This document shows positions 23,372 through 31,849 of a stretch of 32,000 nucleotides of DNA, piece by piece. How positions within the stretch are numbered: the first letter of the stretch is position 1; the number at the start of each line of letters is the position of its first letter. The notes under the pieces are model-generated. The model had not been told where the DNA came from and did no database searches. It was given only the letters and a program-made list of their open reading frames with translations. Source of the stretch: Geobacter metallireducens GS-15 (GTDB lineage Bacteria; Desulfobacterota; Desulfuromonadia; Geobacterales; Geobacteraceae); contig NC_007517.1 in NCBI RefSeq assembly GCF_000012925.1, forward strand, positions 1 to 32,000. The letters run 5' to 3'. Made by a program: the position numbers and the translations under genes.

Positions 23372-24394
23372 ATGAATAATCGTTTTCTCGACGCCTGCTG
23401 GGGCAAGCCCGTTGACCGTACCCCCGTGTGGCTCATGCGGCAGGCCGGGCGCTACCTCCCCGAATACATGGCGGTGCGCTCCAAGTGCACCTTCCTGGAG
23501 CTTTGCAAGACCCCGGAGCTGGCCGCCGAGGTGACTCTCCAGCCGGTGGATATCCTGGGGGTCGACGCGGCGATCCTCTTTTCCGACATCCTGACGCCGG
23601 TGGAGCCCATGGGGCTCAAGCTCGATTTTGTCCCCGGCCCGGTCTTCGAGACCCCGGTCCGGACCATGGCCGACGTGGAGCGGCTCCGGATCCCCAACCC
23701 CGAGGAGGATGTCCCCTACGTCCTCGACACCATCAAGATTCTCCGCAAGGAGTTGGCCGGCCGGGTGCCCCTCATCGGCTTCGGCGGCGCCCCGTTCACC
23801 CTGGCCTGCTACATGGTGGAGGGGAAGGGGTCCAAGGACTGGGCCACCATCAAGCGGATGATGTACGCCGCCCCCGAGGTCTACGCCGCCCTCATGGATA
23901 AGGTGACCATGATGGACATGGAGTACCTGAACGCCCAGATCCGGGCCGGAGCCCAAGCGATCCAGATCTTCGACACCTGGGGCGGGGTCCTCTCCCCCAC
24001 CGATTACGAGAAATTTGTCCTTCCCTACACCCGGAAGCTCATCAATGGCCTGAACCGCCAGAACACTCCCGTCATCCACTTCGTCAAGGGGGCCGGCACC
24101 ATGCTGGAGACGGTGCAGAAGGCCGGCGGCGACGTCATGGGGCTCGACTGGCACGTGAACCTGGGGAAAGCCCGGGACGTGCTTGGCCCGAACATGGCCG
24201 TCCAGGGGAACCTGGACCCCACGGTCCTCTACGCTCCCAAGGAGGTGATCGAGGTGGAGGTGAAGCGGGTTCTCGACGAGAACGCCGGTCGCCCGGGCCA
24301 CATCTTCAACCTGGGGCACGGCATCCTCCCCACGGTGCCGCCCGAGAACGCCATCCACATGGTCGAATGCGTGCACCGGCTGTCACAGAAGTAG
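23372..24394 (+). CDS. hemE: Uroporphyrinogen decarboxylase
   Basis: The N-terminal signature PVWLMRQAGRYLPEY is present, followed by ILFSDIL, the PLIGFGGAPFTLACYMVEG block and the C-terminal FNLGHGI. A strong SD AAGGAGG precedes the start. Confidence 0.96.
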   Translation: MNNRFLDACWGKPVDRTPVWLMRQAGRYLPEYMAVRSKCTFLELCKTPELAAEVTLQPVDILGVDAAILFSDILTPVEPMGLKLDFVPGPVFETPVRTMADVERLRIPNPEEDVPYVLDTIKILRKELAGRVPLIGFGGAPFTLACYMVEGKGSKDWATIKRMMYAAPEVYAALMDKVTMMDMEYLNAQIRAGAQAIQIFDTWGGVLSPTDYEKFVLPYTRKLINGLNRQNTPVIHFVKGAGTMLETVQKAGGDVMGLDWHVNLGKARDVLGPNMAVQGNLDPTVLYAPKEVIEVEVKRVLDENAGRPGHIFNLGHGILPTVPPENAIHMVECVHRLSQK

Positions 24395-24418
24395 GAGCAG
24401 CGAAGAGATGAACCGGAA

Positions 24419-24449
24419 AAGGGAGCGAAGGTGGCTCCCTTTTTCTTTT
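24419..24449 (+). terminator. Rho-independent terminator after hemE
   Basis: The stem pairs aagggagc (24419-24426) with gctccctt (24434-24441), and the right arm runs into a T-rich tract tttttctttt ending at 24449. Confidence 0.7.
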
Positions 24450-24471
24450 CACCGTTAGGAAAGAGGCCCCC

Positions 24472-24675
24472 ATGAATAATCGCATCACCGACCTGGAGAT
24501 CCACGTTACCCACCTGTCCCGCACCGTCCACGAGCTGAACGACGTGGTCTACCGCCAGCAGCAGACCATCGATCGGCTGGAGGCGGAGCTGAAGGGGCTC
24601 CGGGAGCAGGCTCTGGCCGCGGCCCCGTCCCTGGTGCGAAAGCCGGAGGATGAGGAGCCGCCCCCCCACTACTGA
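24472..24675 (+). CDS. slyX: SlyX family protein
   Basis: 67-aa coiled-coil protein: ITDLEIHVTHLSRTVHELNDVVYRQQQTIDRLEAELKGL, ending in the SlyX-typical PPPHY. Confidence 0.8.
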   Translation: MNNRITDLEIHVTHLSRTVHELNDVVYRQQQTIDRLEAELKGLREQALAAAPSLVRKPEDEEPPPHY

Positions 24676-24716
24676 GAGCCTGTCCATGATAAGCATTCCA
24701 GGCCCGCATCCTGTCT

Positions 24717-26162
24717 TCACGCCTTCTCGGTTCCTCTCTTCGCGACAAGGCCCCCCCGCTTCATCCCTCGCAAAAACGCATCCACCACCTGGGGATCGAA
24801 CTGGCTCCCCTTCCACCGCTCAATCTCCGCCAGGGCCGTTTCCCGGGGCATCCCCCGGCGGTAGGGTCGGTCGGTGGTCATGGCGTCGAAGGAGTCGGCC
24901 ACGGTGATGATCCGCGCCACCAGGGGAATCTCCTCCCCCTTGAGGCCGCTGGGGTAGCCGGTGCCGTCGTAGAATTCGTGGTGATAGAGGATGGCGTTCA
25001 TGACCGAGGAAAAGAAATCGGAGGTGGAGATGATCTCCATCCCCTTGAGGGAGTGGGCCTGCATGATCTCTAATTCCTCCGGGGTGAGGGAGCTCTCCTT
25101 GCGGAGAATGGCGTCGGGAATGCCGATCTTGCCGATGTCGTGGAGAATGGCTGCCATCTCCACCCGGGAGACGGTTTCCGGCGGGAGCCCCATCTCCCGG
25201 GCGATGCCGAGGGCGTAGCGGGCCACCCGGTCGATGTGGCCCCGGGTGTAGGAGTCCCGGGCCTCCACCGCCGCCGCCAGGGTCTTGAGGGCCGACTGGT
25301 AGCCGCTGATGATCTGGTCGGTCATGGTGTTGAAGGCGGTGCCGAGGTTCTCCAGTTCGTCCCCCGTGGTGAGGGTGGCCCGGGCCGTGTAGTTGCCGGC
25401 GCTGAGGCTGCCGGCAATGCCGTGGAGGTGGGCCACCGGCGCCAGGACCATCCGGCGCAGGAGGTAGTAGAGGGTTCCCATCACCATGGCCATGATGCCG
25501 GCGCCGGCCAGGGCAAAGAGGATGCGGGCCTTGACGATCTGCCGCTCCGCATCCTGGAGCGGCAGGGCGACGCTCAGCCCCCCCCGCACCTCGCCCACCT
25601 TGTATCCCTGCTGCAGGTGACAGGTGAGGCATGACTTCTCCACCACCAGGGGGATGATCCGCTGGTAGGCGGCATGGTCGCCGTCCCGCACGATGCCGGC
25701 GATGCCGTCGCGGCTGGCGGTGAAGCCGCGCCGCTCGAACTGCCGCAGTGCCTCGGACTCGAAGGGGGTCGGCTTGTTTGCGGGGTTCAAGGGCTTGAGG
25801 CTTGAGAGGTGGAAGCGGTAGAGCCCTTTGCGTTGGGCGTATTCGGAGAGCTTACGGATGGCCAGGGCCGGGTTGTGGAAGACGTAGTCCCGTCCCTCCT
25901 TGTCGGTGATGCCGGAACCGGGCAGGTAGGGGTTCGGCTCCACCCCGGGGGCCTGGCGGATGTAGATCCCCTCATGCTCCGAGATCCAGGCCCGGGTGAT
26001 GACCACCTGCTGGAGCAGCGCCGTGCTTTGGCGGTCCACGTGGTCGTAGATGGCCTTTTGGGCCTGCTCGTACATGAAGAAGAAAAGAATGCCGATCGTT
26101 ACGAAGACCGTGATGCCGACGGCCACGAGAAACTTGCGGGCAAGGGCCAGCCTGATAGCCAT
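24717..26162 (-). CDS. HD-GYP domain c-di-GMP phosphodiesterase with an N-terminal TM and a DUF3365-like CxxCH (heme c) sensor domain plus HAMP
   Basis: N-terminal TM FLVAVGITVFVTIGILFFF. Sensor block EKSCLTCHLQQGYKVGEVRGGLSVALPL (CxxCH). Second TM, then HAMP. HD-GYP motifs: RGHIDRVARYA, LHDIGKIGIPD and HHEFYDGTGYPSGL. Confidence 0.9.
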   Translation of the reverse strand: MAIRLALARKFLVAVGITVFVTIGILFFFMYEQAQKAIYDHVDRQSTALLQQVVITRAWISEHEGIYIRQAPGVEPNPYLPGSGITDKEGRDYVFHNPALAIRKLSEYAQRKGLYRFHLSSLKPLNPANKPTPFESEALRQFERRGFTASRDGIAGIVRDGDHAAYQRIIPLVVEKSCLTCHLQQGYKVGEVRGGLSVALPLQDAERQIVKARILFALAGAGIMAMVMGTLYYLLRRMVLAPVAHLHGIAGSLSAGNYTARATLTTGDELENLGTAFNTMTDQIISGYQSALKTLAAAVEARDSYTRGHIDRVARYALGIAREMGLPPETVSRVEMAAILHDIGKIGIPDAILRKESSLTPEELEIMQAHSLKGMEIISTSDFFSSVMNAILYHHEFYDGTGYPSGLKGEEIPLVARIITVADSFDAMTTDRPYRRGMPRETALAEIERWKGSQFDPQVVDAFLRGMKRGGLVAKRGTEKA

Positions 26163-26343
26163 GGAGTCCCTCTCTTTCCAGCGCTGGAGTTTCGCGTCAT
26201 ATCAACAAACTATACATTATCTGTGCCGGGTTTCCGGTCCGGGGCGACGAATTCCCTCTTCTTCCTCCTTGACCGGTCCGGGGTAATGGGGTATCTGGAA
26301 GGGGTGCCGAAAGGCCCAACCTTCGACCGTTCGCGAGGCGACC

Positions 26344-27297
26344 ATGTCAGAAAAAACCGCTGTCCTCCTCCTTCAGATGGGGGGGCCCGACTCCCTGGAC
26401 GCCGTGGAGCCCTTCCTCGTCAACCTCTTTTCCGACCGGGACATCATCCGGATTGGCCCCGCCTTCCTGCAGCCCTTTATCGCCCGGCTCATCGCCAAGA
26501 AGCGGGCCACGCCGGTGGAGCGGAAGTATGAGGAGATCGGCGGCAAGTCCCCCATCCGGGAGCTGACCGAGGCCCAGGCGAAGGCCCTGGAGGAGGTTCT
26601 GGGGGACGGGTACTGCTGCTTCACGGCCATGCGCTACTGGAAGCCCACCACGGTGGAGGCCCTGGCGGCCATCCGGCGGGAGGGAATCACGCGGATCATC
26701 GCCCTCTCCCTCTATCCCCACTACTCCCGGGCCACCACCGGCTCCAGCGTGAACGAGCTGAAGCGGGTCCTGGCCCAATCGGGCGCCACCTTTGACGTCA
26801 CCTACGTGGATCGCTTCTTTGACCATCCCCGCTACATCGAGGCCCTGGCCGAGAAAATAAAGGAAGGGCTCGACGACTTCCACCCCCTGGCCGAGGTGCA
26901 GATCCTCTTTTCGGCCCATTCCCTTCCCCAGTCCTTTATCGACGAAGGTGACCCCTACCTCTCCCATATCGAGGAGACGGTGCGGCTCGTTATGGAGCGG
27001 TTCGAGGGGGTCACCTACCACCTGGCCTTCCAGTCCCGGGCCGGGCCGGTCAAGTGGCTGGAGCCCTCCACCGAGGAGATACTGGAGTACCTGGCGGCCC
27101 ACCAGGTGAAGAACCTCCTCATGGTTCCCCTCTCCTTCGTGTCGGACCACATCGAGACCCTCCACGAGATCGACATCGAGTACGCCATGCTGGCCCACCG
27201 GCTGGGGTACGCCAAATTCCGCCGCTCCCCCTCCCTGAACACCTCTCCCCTCTTCATCGACTGCCTGGCGGACCTGGTGCGGAAGGCGGGGATGTGA
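26344..27297 (+). CDS. hemH: Ferrochelatase
   Basis: Motifs seen: [40 protein letters not shown], and the C-terminal [20 protein letters not shown]. Confidence 0.96.
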   Translation: MSEKTAVLLLQMGGPDSLDAVEPFLVNLFSDRDIIRIGPAFLQPFIARLIAKKRATPVERKYEEIGGKSPIRELTEAQAKALEEVLGDGYCCFTAMRYWKPTTVEALAAIRREGITRIIALSLYPHYSRATTGSSVNELKRVLAQSGATFDVTYVDRFFDHPRYIEALAEKIKEGLDDFHPLAEVQILFSAHSLPQSFIDEGDPYLSHIEETVRLVMERFEGVTYHLAFQSRAGPVKWLEPSTEEILEYLAAHQVKNLLMVPLSFVSDHIETLHEIDIEYAMLAHRLGYAKFRRSPSLNTSPLFIDCLADLVRKAGM

Positions 27298-27302
27298 GCC
27301 GG

Positions 27303-27488
27303 ATGGAAAAGGAAACGAAAGCCTGCGCCATCTGCGGAAATGAATTCACCCCCGGAGAGGAGCGCACCCCCTACGAGGAGGCGGGGGAGTGGCTGGCGAC
27401 GGAGCTCTGGAGCGATGCCGGCACCCTCTGCCCCCAATGCCTGGACAACCGGGCGAAACTCGCCATGATGTACGTTATCGACAGGTGA
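27303..27488 (+). CDS. Small (61 aa) double-CxxC zinc-ribbon protein, hypothetical
   Basis: MEKETKACAICGNEF...TLCPQCLDNRAKLAMMYVIDR has CxxC at residues 8-11 and 43-46. Third-position GC bias matches the neighbours. It starts 5 nt after the hemH stop and ends 6 nt before the next ATG. The tracked ORF 27054.. is an upstream extension that overlaps hemH. Confidence 0.55.
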   Translation: MEKETKACAICGNEFTPGEERTPYEEAGEWLATELWSDAGTLCPQCLDNRAKLAMMYVIDR

Positions 27489-27494
27489 ACGGAT

Positions 27495-28313
27495 ATGGAA
27501 CAGACAACCATCGACGGAATTGCCCTCACGCTGGCCGGACCGGTCCAGCTTCCCCTGAAGTGGGTCGGCCAGGATGAACTTCTCCAGCAGCTCCTGGCCG
27601 CCTGGATGGTCATCGACGACCGGGACATACCCTTCAGTCCTCGCCTCATCGGCAAGCCGGGGGTGGGGAAGACCACCCTCGCCTACGCCGCGGCGCGGCG
27701 CCTGGGGCGCCCCGTCTACCTCTTCCAGGCCACCATGGACACCCGCCCCGAGGATCTCATCATCACCCCGGTCATCGGCCCCGACGGGAAGATCCAGTAC
27801 GCCGCCTCGTCCCTCGTTTCCGCCATGGTGAAGGGAGGGGTCCTCATCCTCGACGAGGGGAACCGGATGAGCGAGAAGGCCTGGGCCTCCCTGGCGCCGC
27901 TCCTGGACGACCGGCGTTACGTGGAGTCCATCATCACGGGCCTCAGGGTCCCGGCCCACCGGGACTTCCGGATCGTGGTCACCATGAACGAGGACGCCTC
28001 CACCTTCGAGGTCCCCGAGTACATCCACTCCCGGCTCCAGCCCCAGATCTTCATCGACTTCCCCGAGGCCGACGAGGAACTCATGATCCTCAAGGAGAAC
28101 CTCCCCTTCGCCCCGACCCGGATCCTCAAGTACGTGGTGGATTTCCTCCAGCGGGCCCATGCCGCCGACGAGCTCTACTCGGTCCGCGACGGCATCAACA
28201 TCGCCCGCTACGCCCTCAAGATGATGGCCGCCACCGAACGGGACGCCGCCGAGCTCCTCCCCCTTGCCGTGGAGCGGGTGCTGGGGGACGAGGCGCTGCG
28301 GTATCTGGCGTAA
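27495..28313 (+). CDS. MoxR-like AAA+ ATPase (AAA_5; size and layout of the CbbQ/NirQ/NorQ/GvpN group)
   Basis: 272 aa. Walker A GKPGVGKTTLA, Walker B VLILDEGNRM, and the LAPLLDDRRY and FRIVVTMNED blocks typical of the MoxR/CbbQ class. Confidence 0.85.
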   Translation: MEQTTIDGIALTLAGPVQLPLKWVGQDELLQQLLAAWMVIDDRDIPFSPRLIGKPGVGKTTLAYAAARRLGRPVYLFQATMDTRPEDLIITPVIGPDGKIQYAASSLVSAMVKGGVLILDEGNRMSEKAWASLAPLLDDRRYVESIITGLRVPAHRDFRIVVTMNEDASTFEVPEYIHSRLQPQIFIDFPEADEELMILKENLPFAPTRILKYVVDFLQRAHAADELYSVRDGINIARYALKMMAATERDAAELLPLAVERVLGDEALRYLA

Positions 28314-28316
28314 GCC

Positions 28317-30281
28317 ATGCCCCACCGCCTCCACCTGGAACAGTTCGGCCCGGTTCACGCCCTCCCCGTCCTCCACTACCGGATGGAGTTCGCCTGGCTC
28401 GTGCGCGAGGCGGTGCACCGGGTGAAGCCCGACTGCATCGCCCTGGAGCTGCCGCCGACCCTGGAAGCACCCTTCCGGCGCGCCGTGGCACGGCTGCCGG
28501 AGGTGTCGGTGCTCCGCTACGGCACCAAGGTGAAGAAAGGGCACGAGGAAACGGTCTACCTCCTCGTGGAGCCGGCGGACCCCCTGGTGGAGGGGGCACG
28601 GCTCGGCCGGGAACTGGGGATCCCCGTGGCACTGGTGGACGTGGATACCGATTCCTATCCCCTCCACCACGAAGCGCTTCCCGACCCCTACGCCATCCAC
28701 CGGCTTGGCCTCACCCCCTACTACGAGGAGTACCGGAAGGGGTGCGCGACGCTCTCCCACGGTCCCGAGGACCGGCGGCGGGAGCAGGGGATGGCCTTCC
28801 GGCTCCAGGAGCTTTCCCGAGAGCACGGCCTCATCCTTTTCATCTGCGGGATGTTCCATCTGGAGCGGGTGAAGGAGGAATTCGGCCGCCCCCAGGCCGC
28901 GCCCCTGGAACGGGTCCGGCGCGAGAACGTGGCCCTCTTCAATCTCCACCCCGATTCCTGCCGAGAGATCCTCGGGGAGTTTCCTTTCCTCTCGGCAGTG
29001 TACGAGCTGCGCCGGGACACTTTGCCACCGGAGCCTGTAGACGGCAGTGCCACGCTGCGCAAACGGTATAGCGTATTGGAACTGATCGAGGGGGGGAAGC
29101 GGGAAATCCCCGAGGAGGAGCTCCTGCGCCACGCCGTGGAGCGGAGCGCCCGCCACACGGGGCGGGAGGGGGAGTTTCCGGACCGGCAGCGGATCATATA
29201 CCATCTTTTCAAAGAGGCGGCCCGCCACTACCGGCAGGAGACCGGCGAGCCGCTCCACCTCTGGCAGAAGCGGGCCTTCTTCCGCTTTACCCGCAACTAC
29301 GCCTTGACCGGCGGCATGCTCCTCCCCGATCTCTTCCAGCTCCTAGCCGCGGCCCGCGGCTGCATCGACGACAACTTCGCCTACGCCTTCTGGCGCCTGG
29401 CCACCCACTACCCCTGGCAGCGGACCGACGCCGACCTCCCTACCCTCGCCATCTCTCCCGAGGAAATCTGGGGGGGCGCCCGCCGGATCCGCTTCCGTCC
29501 CCGGCAGCAGCGGCAGAAGGGGCTGTCGCACCTGGGGTTCCTGAAGCGGAAGAAGGAGAAGCGCCCCGGCGAATGGCTGGAGGGGTTCGACAATCCCGCC
29601 ATCTGCTCCTACCCGCCGGAGGACGTGGTGATCGAGGATTATGGCCGGTTCCTGAAGAAAAAGGGGGCCATGCAACTCTCCGAGGAGCTCTCCCGCACCG
29701 AGCCGTTCACGGCGTCGCTTCTGGACGGGATCGACATGCGGGAGACCCTGCGCAATCTGGCCGACGGCCGGATCTACGTGCGGGAGAACCAGCGGGCCAC
29801 GGGGGGCGTCGGCGGGGTGGTGGTGATCTTTGACGAGGACCGGGACAACCGCAGGTTCCCCTACCGGATGACCTGGCTCGGGGAGCACGATCAGGAATCG
29901 GACATGGCCTTTTACGCCACCTCCCCGGCCGACAACATCGTGGGCCCCGGCATCTGCCGCTGTGAGTACGGCGGCTTCCTCCTCTCCTACCCTCCCCGGC
30001 GCATGATGGACGTCTGGCACGACCCGGACTACGCCTTTGCCCGCTCGAAAGCCGAGGTGCTCCTCCTGGCGGCCCTGGACTACTCCCCCGAGAAGCACGT
30101 GGTCTACGCGGCGCCCCGTCCCCCCCGGAGCATGTTCCGCCAGCTGGCGGCCCGCATGGGGAAGAAGATCGTCTACATCCCCCTCGGCTCCCTGTCGCCG
30201 GTGAAGCTCAAGGGGCTGCGGGTCCTCCACATCCTCCATGGCCACGACAAGCGGGAGATCGCGAAGAACTATGTCTGGTGA
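28317..30281 (+). CDS. Large hypothetical protein with an N-terminal TraB/PrgY/GumN/TIKI-like domain (possibly DUF5682-like); C-terminal ~460 aa unassigned
   Basis: 654 aa, starting 3 nt after the AAA+ stop. The ordered motifs resemble the TraB/TIKI superfamily: LPVLHYRMEF (His), PDCIALELP (Glu), GIPVALVDVD, EDRRREQGMAFRL and ILFICGMFHL (GxxH). I see no VWA MIDAS motif (DxSxS). Confidence 0.7.
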   Translation: MPHRLHLEQFGPVHALPVLHYRMEFAWLVREAVHRVKPDCIALELPPTLEAPFRRAVARLPEVSVLRYGTKVKKGHEETVYLLVEPADPLVEGARLGRELGIPVALVDVDTDSYPLHHEALPDPYAIHRLGLTPYYEEYRKGCATLSHGPEDRRREQGMAFRLQELSREHGLILFICGMFHLERVKEEFGRPQAAPLERVRRENVALFNLHPDSCREILGEFPFLSAVYELRRDTLPPEPVDGSATLRKRYSVLELIEGGKREIPEEELLRHAVERSARHTGREGEFPDRQRIIYHLFKEAARHYRQETGEPLHLWQKRAFFRFTRNYALTGGMLLPDLFQLLAAARGCIDDNFAYAFWRLATHYPWQRTDADLPTLAISPEEIWGGARRIRFRPRQQRQKGLSHLGFLKRKKEKRPGEWLEGFDNPAICSYPPEDVVIEDYGRFLKKKGAMQLSEELSRTEPFTASLLDGIDMRETLRNLADGRIYVRENQRATGGVGGVVVIFDEDRDNRRFPYRMTWLGEHDQESDMAFYATSPADNIVGPGICRCEYGGFLLSYPPRRMMDVWHDPDYAFARSKAEVLLLAALDYSPEKHVVYAAPRPPRSMFRQLAARMGKKIVYIPLGSLSPVKLKGLRVLHILHGHDKREIAKNYVW

Positions 30282-30344
30282 CCCTCCTTGTCGAGGGCGG
30301 CCGGACGGGTATACTTGAAGCAATGTTAATGGCCGGAGGCACGC

Positions 30345-31571
30345 ATGTCCTGGTTTGCCAACCTGAAGATCAGCACGAAGTTCAACATCATCCTGTCGCT
30401 CCTTCTGGTGTTCGTCTTCCTGGCGGCGGCCTTCTTCGTCTACCATCGGGAAAGGGCGCTCATCGACCGAATCGCCGTGGACAACGCCCGGAGCATTGCC
30501 CGGCAGATCATCGAGACCCGTGACTACATCTCCAGCGTGGTAAAGGGGGAGCCCAACGAGAACTACAACCTGGTTCCCCAGGTGGTGGCCACCAACGTGG
30601 CCAAGCGGCTGACCAGGGGGAGCGACTACTATGTGCGGCAGGTTTCGCTCCGGTACCGCAACCCCGACAATCGCCCCGATCCGTACGAGGAAGAGATGCT
30701 CAAGCTCTTCGCGGCAAAGAAGAGCACGGAAACCTACCGCATCGTCCGGACCGACAAGGAGCAGAGCTTTCGCTACATGCTCTCGATGGTGGCGGAGAAG
30801 AGCTGCCTCGAATGCCACGGCCGCTACGAGGATGCGCCACCCTTTGTCCGGGCCCGCTTCCCCAAGGGGCACTTCTCCTACAACTACCAGGTCGGCGAGG
30901 TGATCGGCGCCGTGTCGGTCTCGATCCCCCTGGCCGACCTCTATCGCGAGGCCGGGACCGACTTCAGACTCGATCTGGCCACCCGGGGGCTCACCTTCTG
31001 TCTCATCATTTTCGTGATGGGATTCCTTGTCCGGCGCGCCATCATTGACCCGCTCCGGCAGGTTTCCGCCTCCATCACCCATGTCGCTGCCACCGGCAGT
31101 TTCGGCGACCGGATTCCCCAGCGCTCCCGGGACGAGATCGGCGAACTCGTGGCCGCCTTCAACGGCATGATGGAGGAGTTGGACCTCAAGACCCGCCAAC
31201 GGCTAGAGTCCGAGGACCGCTACCGCAATGTCCTGGAGATGGCCCAGTCGGCCATTGTCACCTTCCTGGCCGACGGCAAACTCATCATCACCAATCGTCG
31301 CGCTGAGGACCTCTTCGGGCTGCCCAAAGGTGAACTCCTCGGGGCATCGATCTACACCTTCCTGGCCGACGGCGACGGGGTGCGGGAGGGGATCTCGGCA
31401 TACCTGCGCGACGGGACGGGGGGATTGGTTGGTGAGACGACTTCCCGGAAAATACGGGACATCAGGGGGAGGATAACCGAGGTTGAGATGGCCCTCTCCG
31501 TTTCACGGTCGGACCATAATCCCCTCTTTACGGCAATCCTGAGGGAGCACAACCAACACTCGGTCTACTGA
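30345..31571 (+). CDS. Membrane sensor protein: TM - DUF3365-like CxxCH (heme c) domain - TM - HAMP - PAS, with no recognisable output domain
   Basis: TM ILSLLLVFVFLAAAFFVY. Sensor block AEKSCLECHGRY...YQVGEVIGAVSVSIPL (CxxCH codons at 30804-30818). Second TM LTFCLIIFVMGFLV. HAMP RDEIGELVAAFNGMMEEL. PAS YRNVLEMAQSAIVTFLADGKLIITNRRAEDLFG. The protein ends TAILREHNQHSVY* right after the PAS core. Confidence 0.85.
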   Translation: MSWFANLKISTKFNIILSLLLVFVFLAAAFFVYHRERALIDRIAVDNARSIARQIIETRDYISSVVKGEPNENYNLVPQVVATNVAKRLTRGSDYYVRQVSLRYRNPDNRPDPYEEEMLKLFAAKKSTETYRIVRTDKEQSFRYMLSMVAEKSCLECHGRYEDAPPFVRARFPKGHFSYNYQVGEVIGAVSVSIPLADLYREAGTDFRLDLATRGLTFCLIIFVMGFLVRRAIIDPLRQVSASITHVAATGSFGDRIPQRSRDEIGELVAAFNGMMEELDLKTRQRLESEDRYRNVLEMAQSAIVTFLADGKLIITNRRAEDLFGLPKGELLGASIYTFLADGDGVREGISAYLRDGTGGLVGETTSRKIRDIRGRITEVEMALSVSRSDHNPLFTAILREHNQHSVY

Positions 31572-31585
31572 AAAAGTTTCGGCAC

Positions 31586-31620
31586 AAAAAGAGGGGGAAC
31601 GCTTGATGCGCTCCCCCTCT
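31586..31620. terminator. Strong hairpin terminator, probably bidirectional
   Basis: The stem pairs agagggggaacgc (31590-31602) with gcgctccccctct (31608-31620), with one mismatch and loop ttgat. AAAAA upstream on the plus strand gives a T-run on the minus strand. The plus-strand tail attgat is only moderately T-rich. Confidence 0.65.
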
Positions 31621-31849
31621 ATTGATAATCCCTCCACCATGCCGTTGGCTTGTAAGGGCCTCACAGCGAGTTCCTTACAGGTGGCAGGCTCTGTACCGCT
31701 TCAGGCAAATCCCACATGATGGGGCAGCACACCACGGTAGAAAGAACCCCCGTCTTACGTAAATGTTCCGCTGGGGCATATCAGCCTGACGCGCATGGCA
31801 GAGAGAATTCTAATATTTGTAGCTAGTTTAGCCTCCTCTCCCGGATAAA

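Noticed and set aside
27054-27302. Upstream extension of the zinc-ribbon ORF (144-aa version)
   Set aside because: It overlaps the 3' end of hemH in another frame, with a Pro/Gly/Arg-rich shadow composition. The CxxC-containing part starts at ATG 27303, just after the hemH stop.
27015-31199. Two very long minus-strand ORFs (27015-29258, 747 aa; 29343-31199, 618 aa) opposite the AAA+/TraB-like/sensor genes
   Set aside because: The plus-strand products carry clear Walker, HAMP, PAS and CxxCH motifs. The minus-strand translations are low-complexity (G/R/P/E/H/V-rich) with no domains, so these are shadow ORFs.
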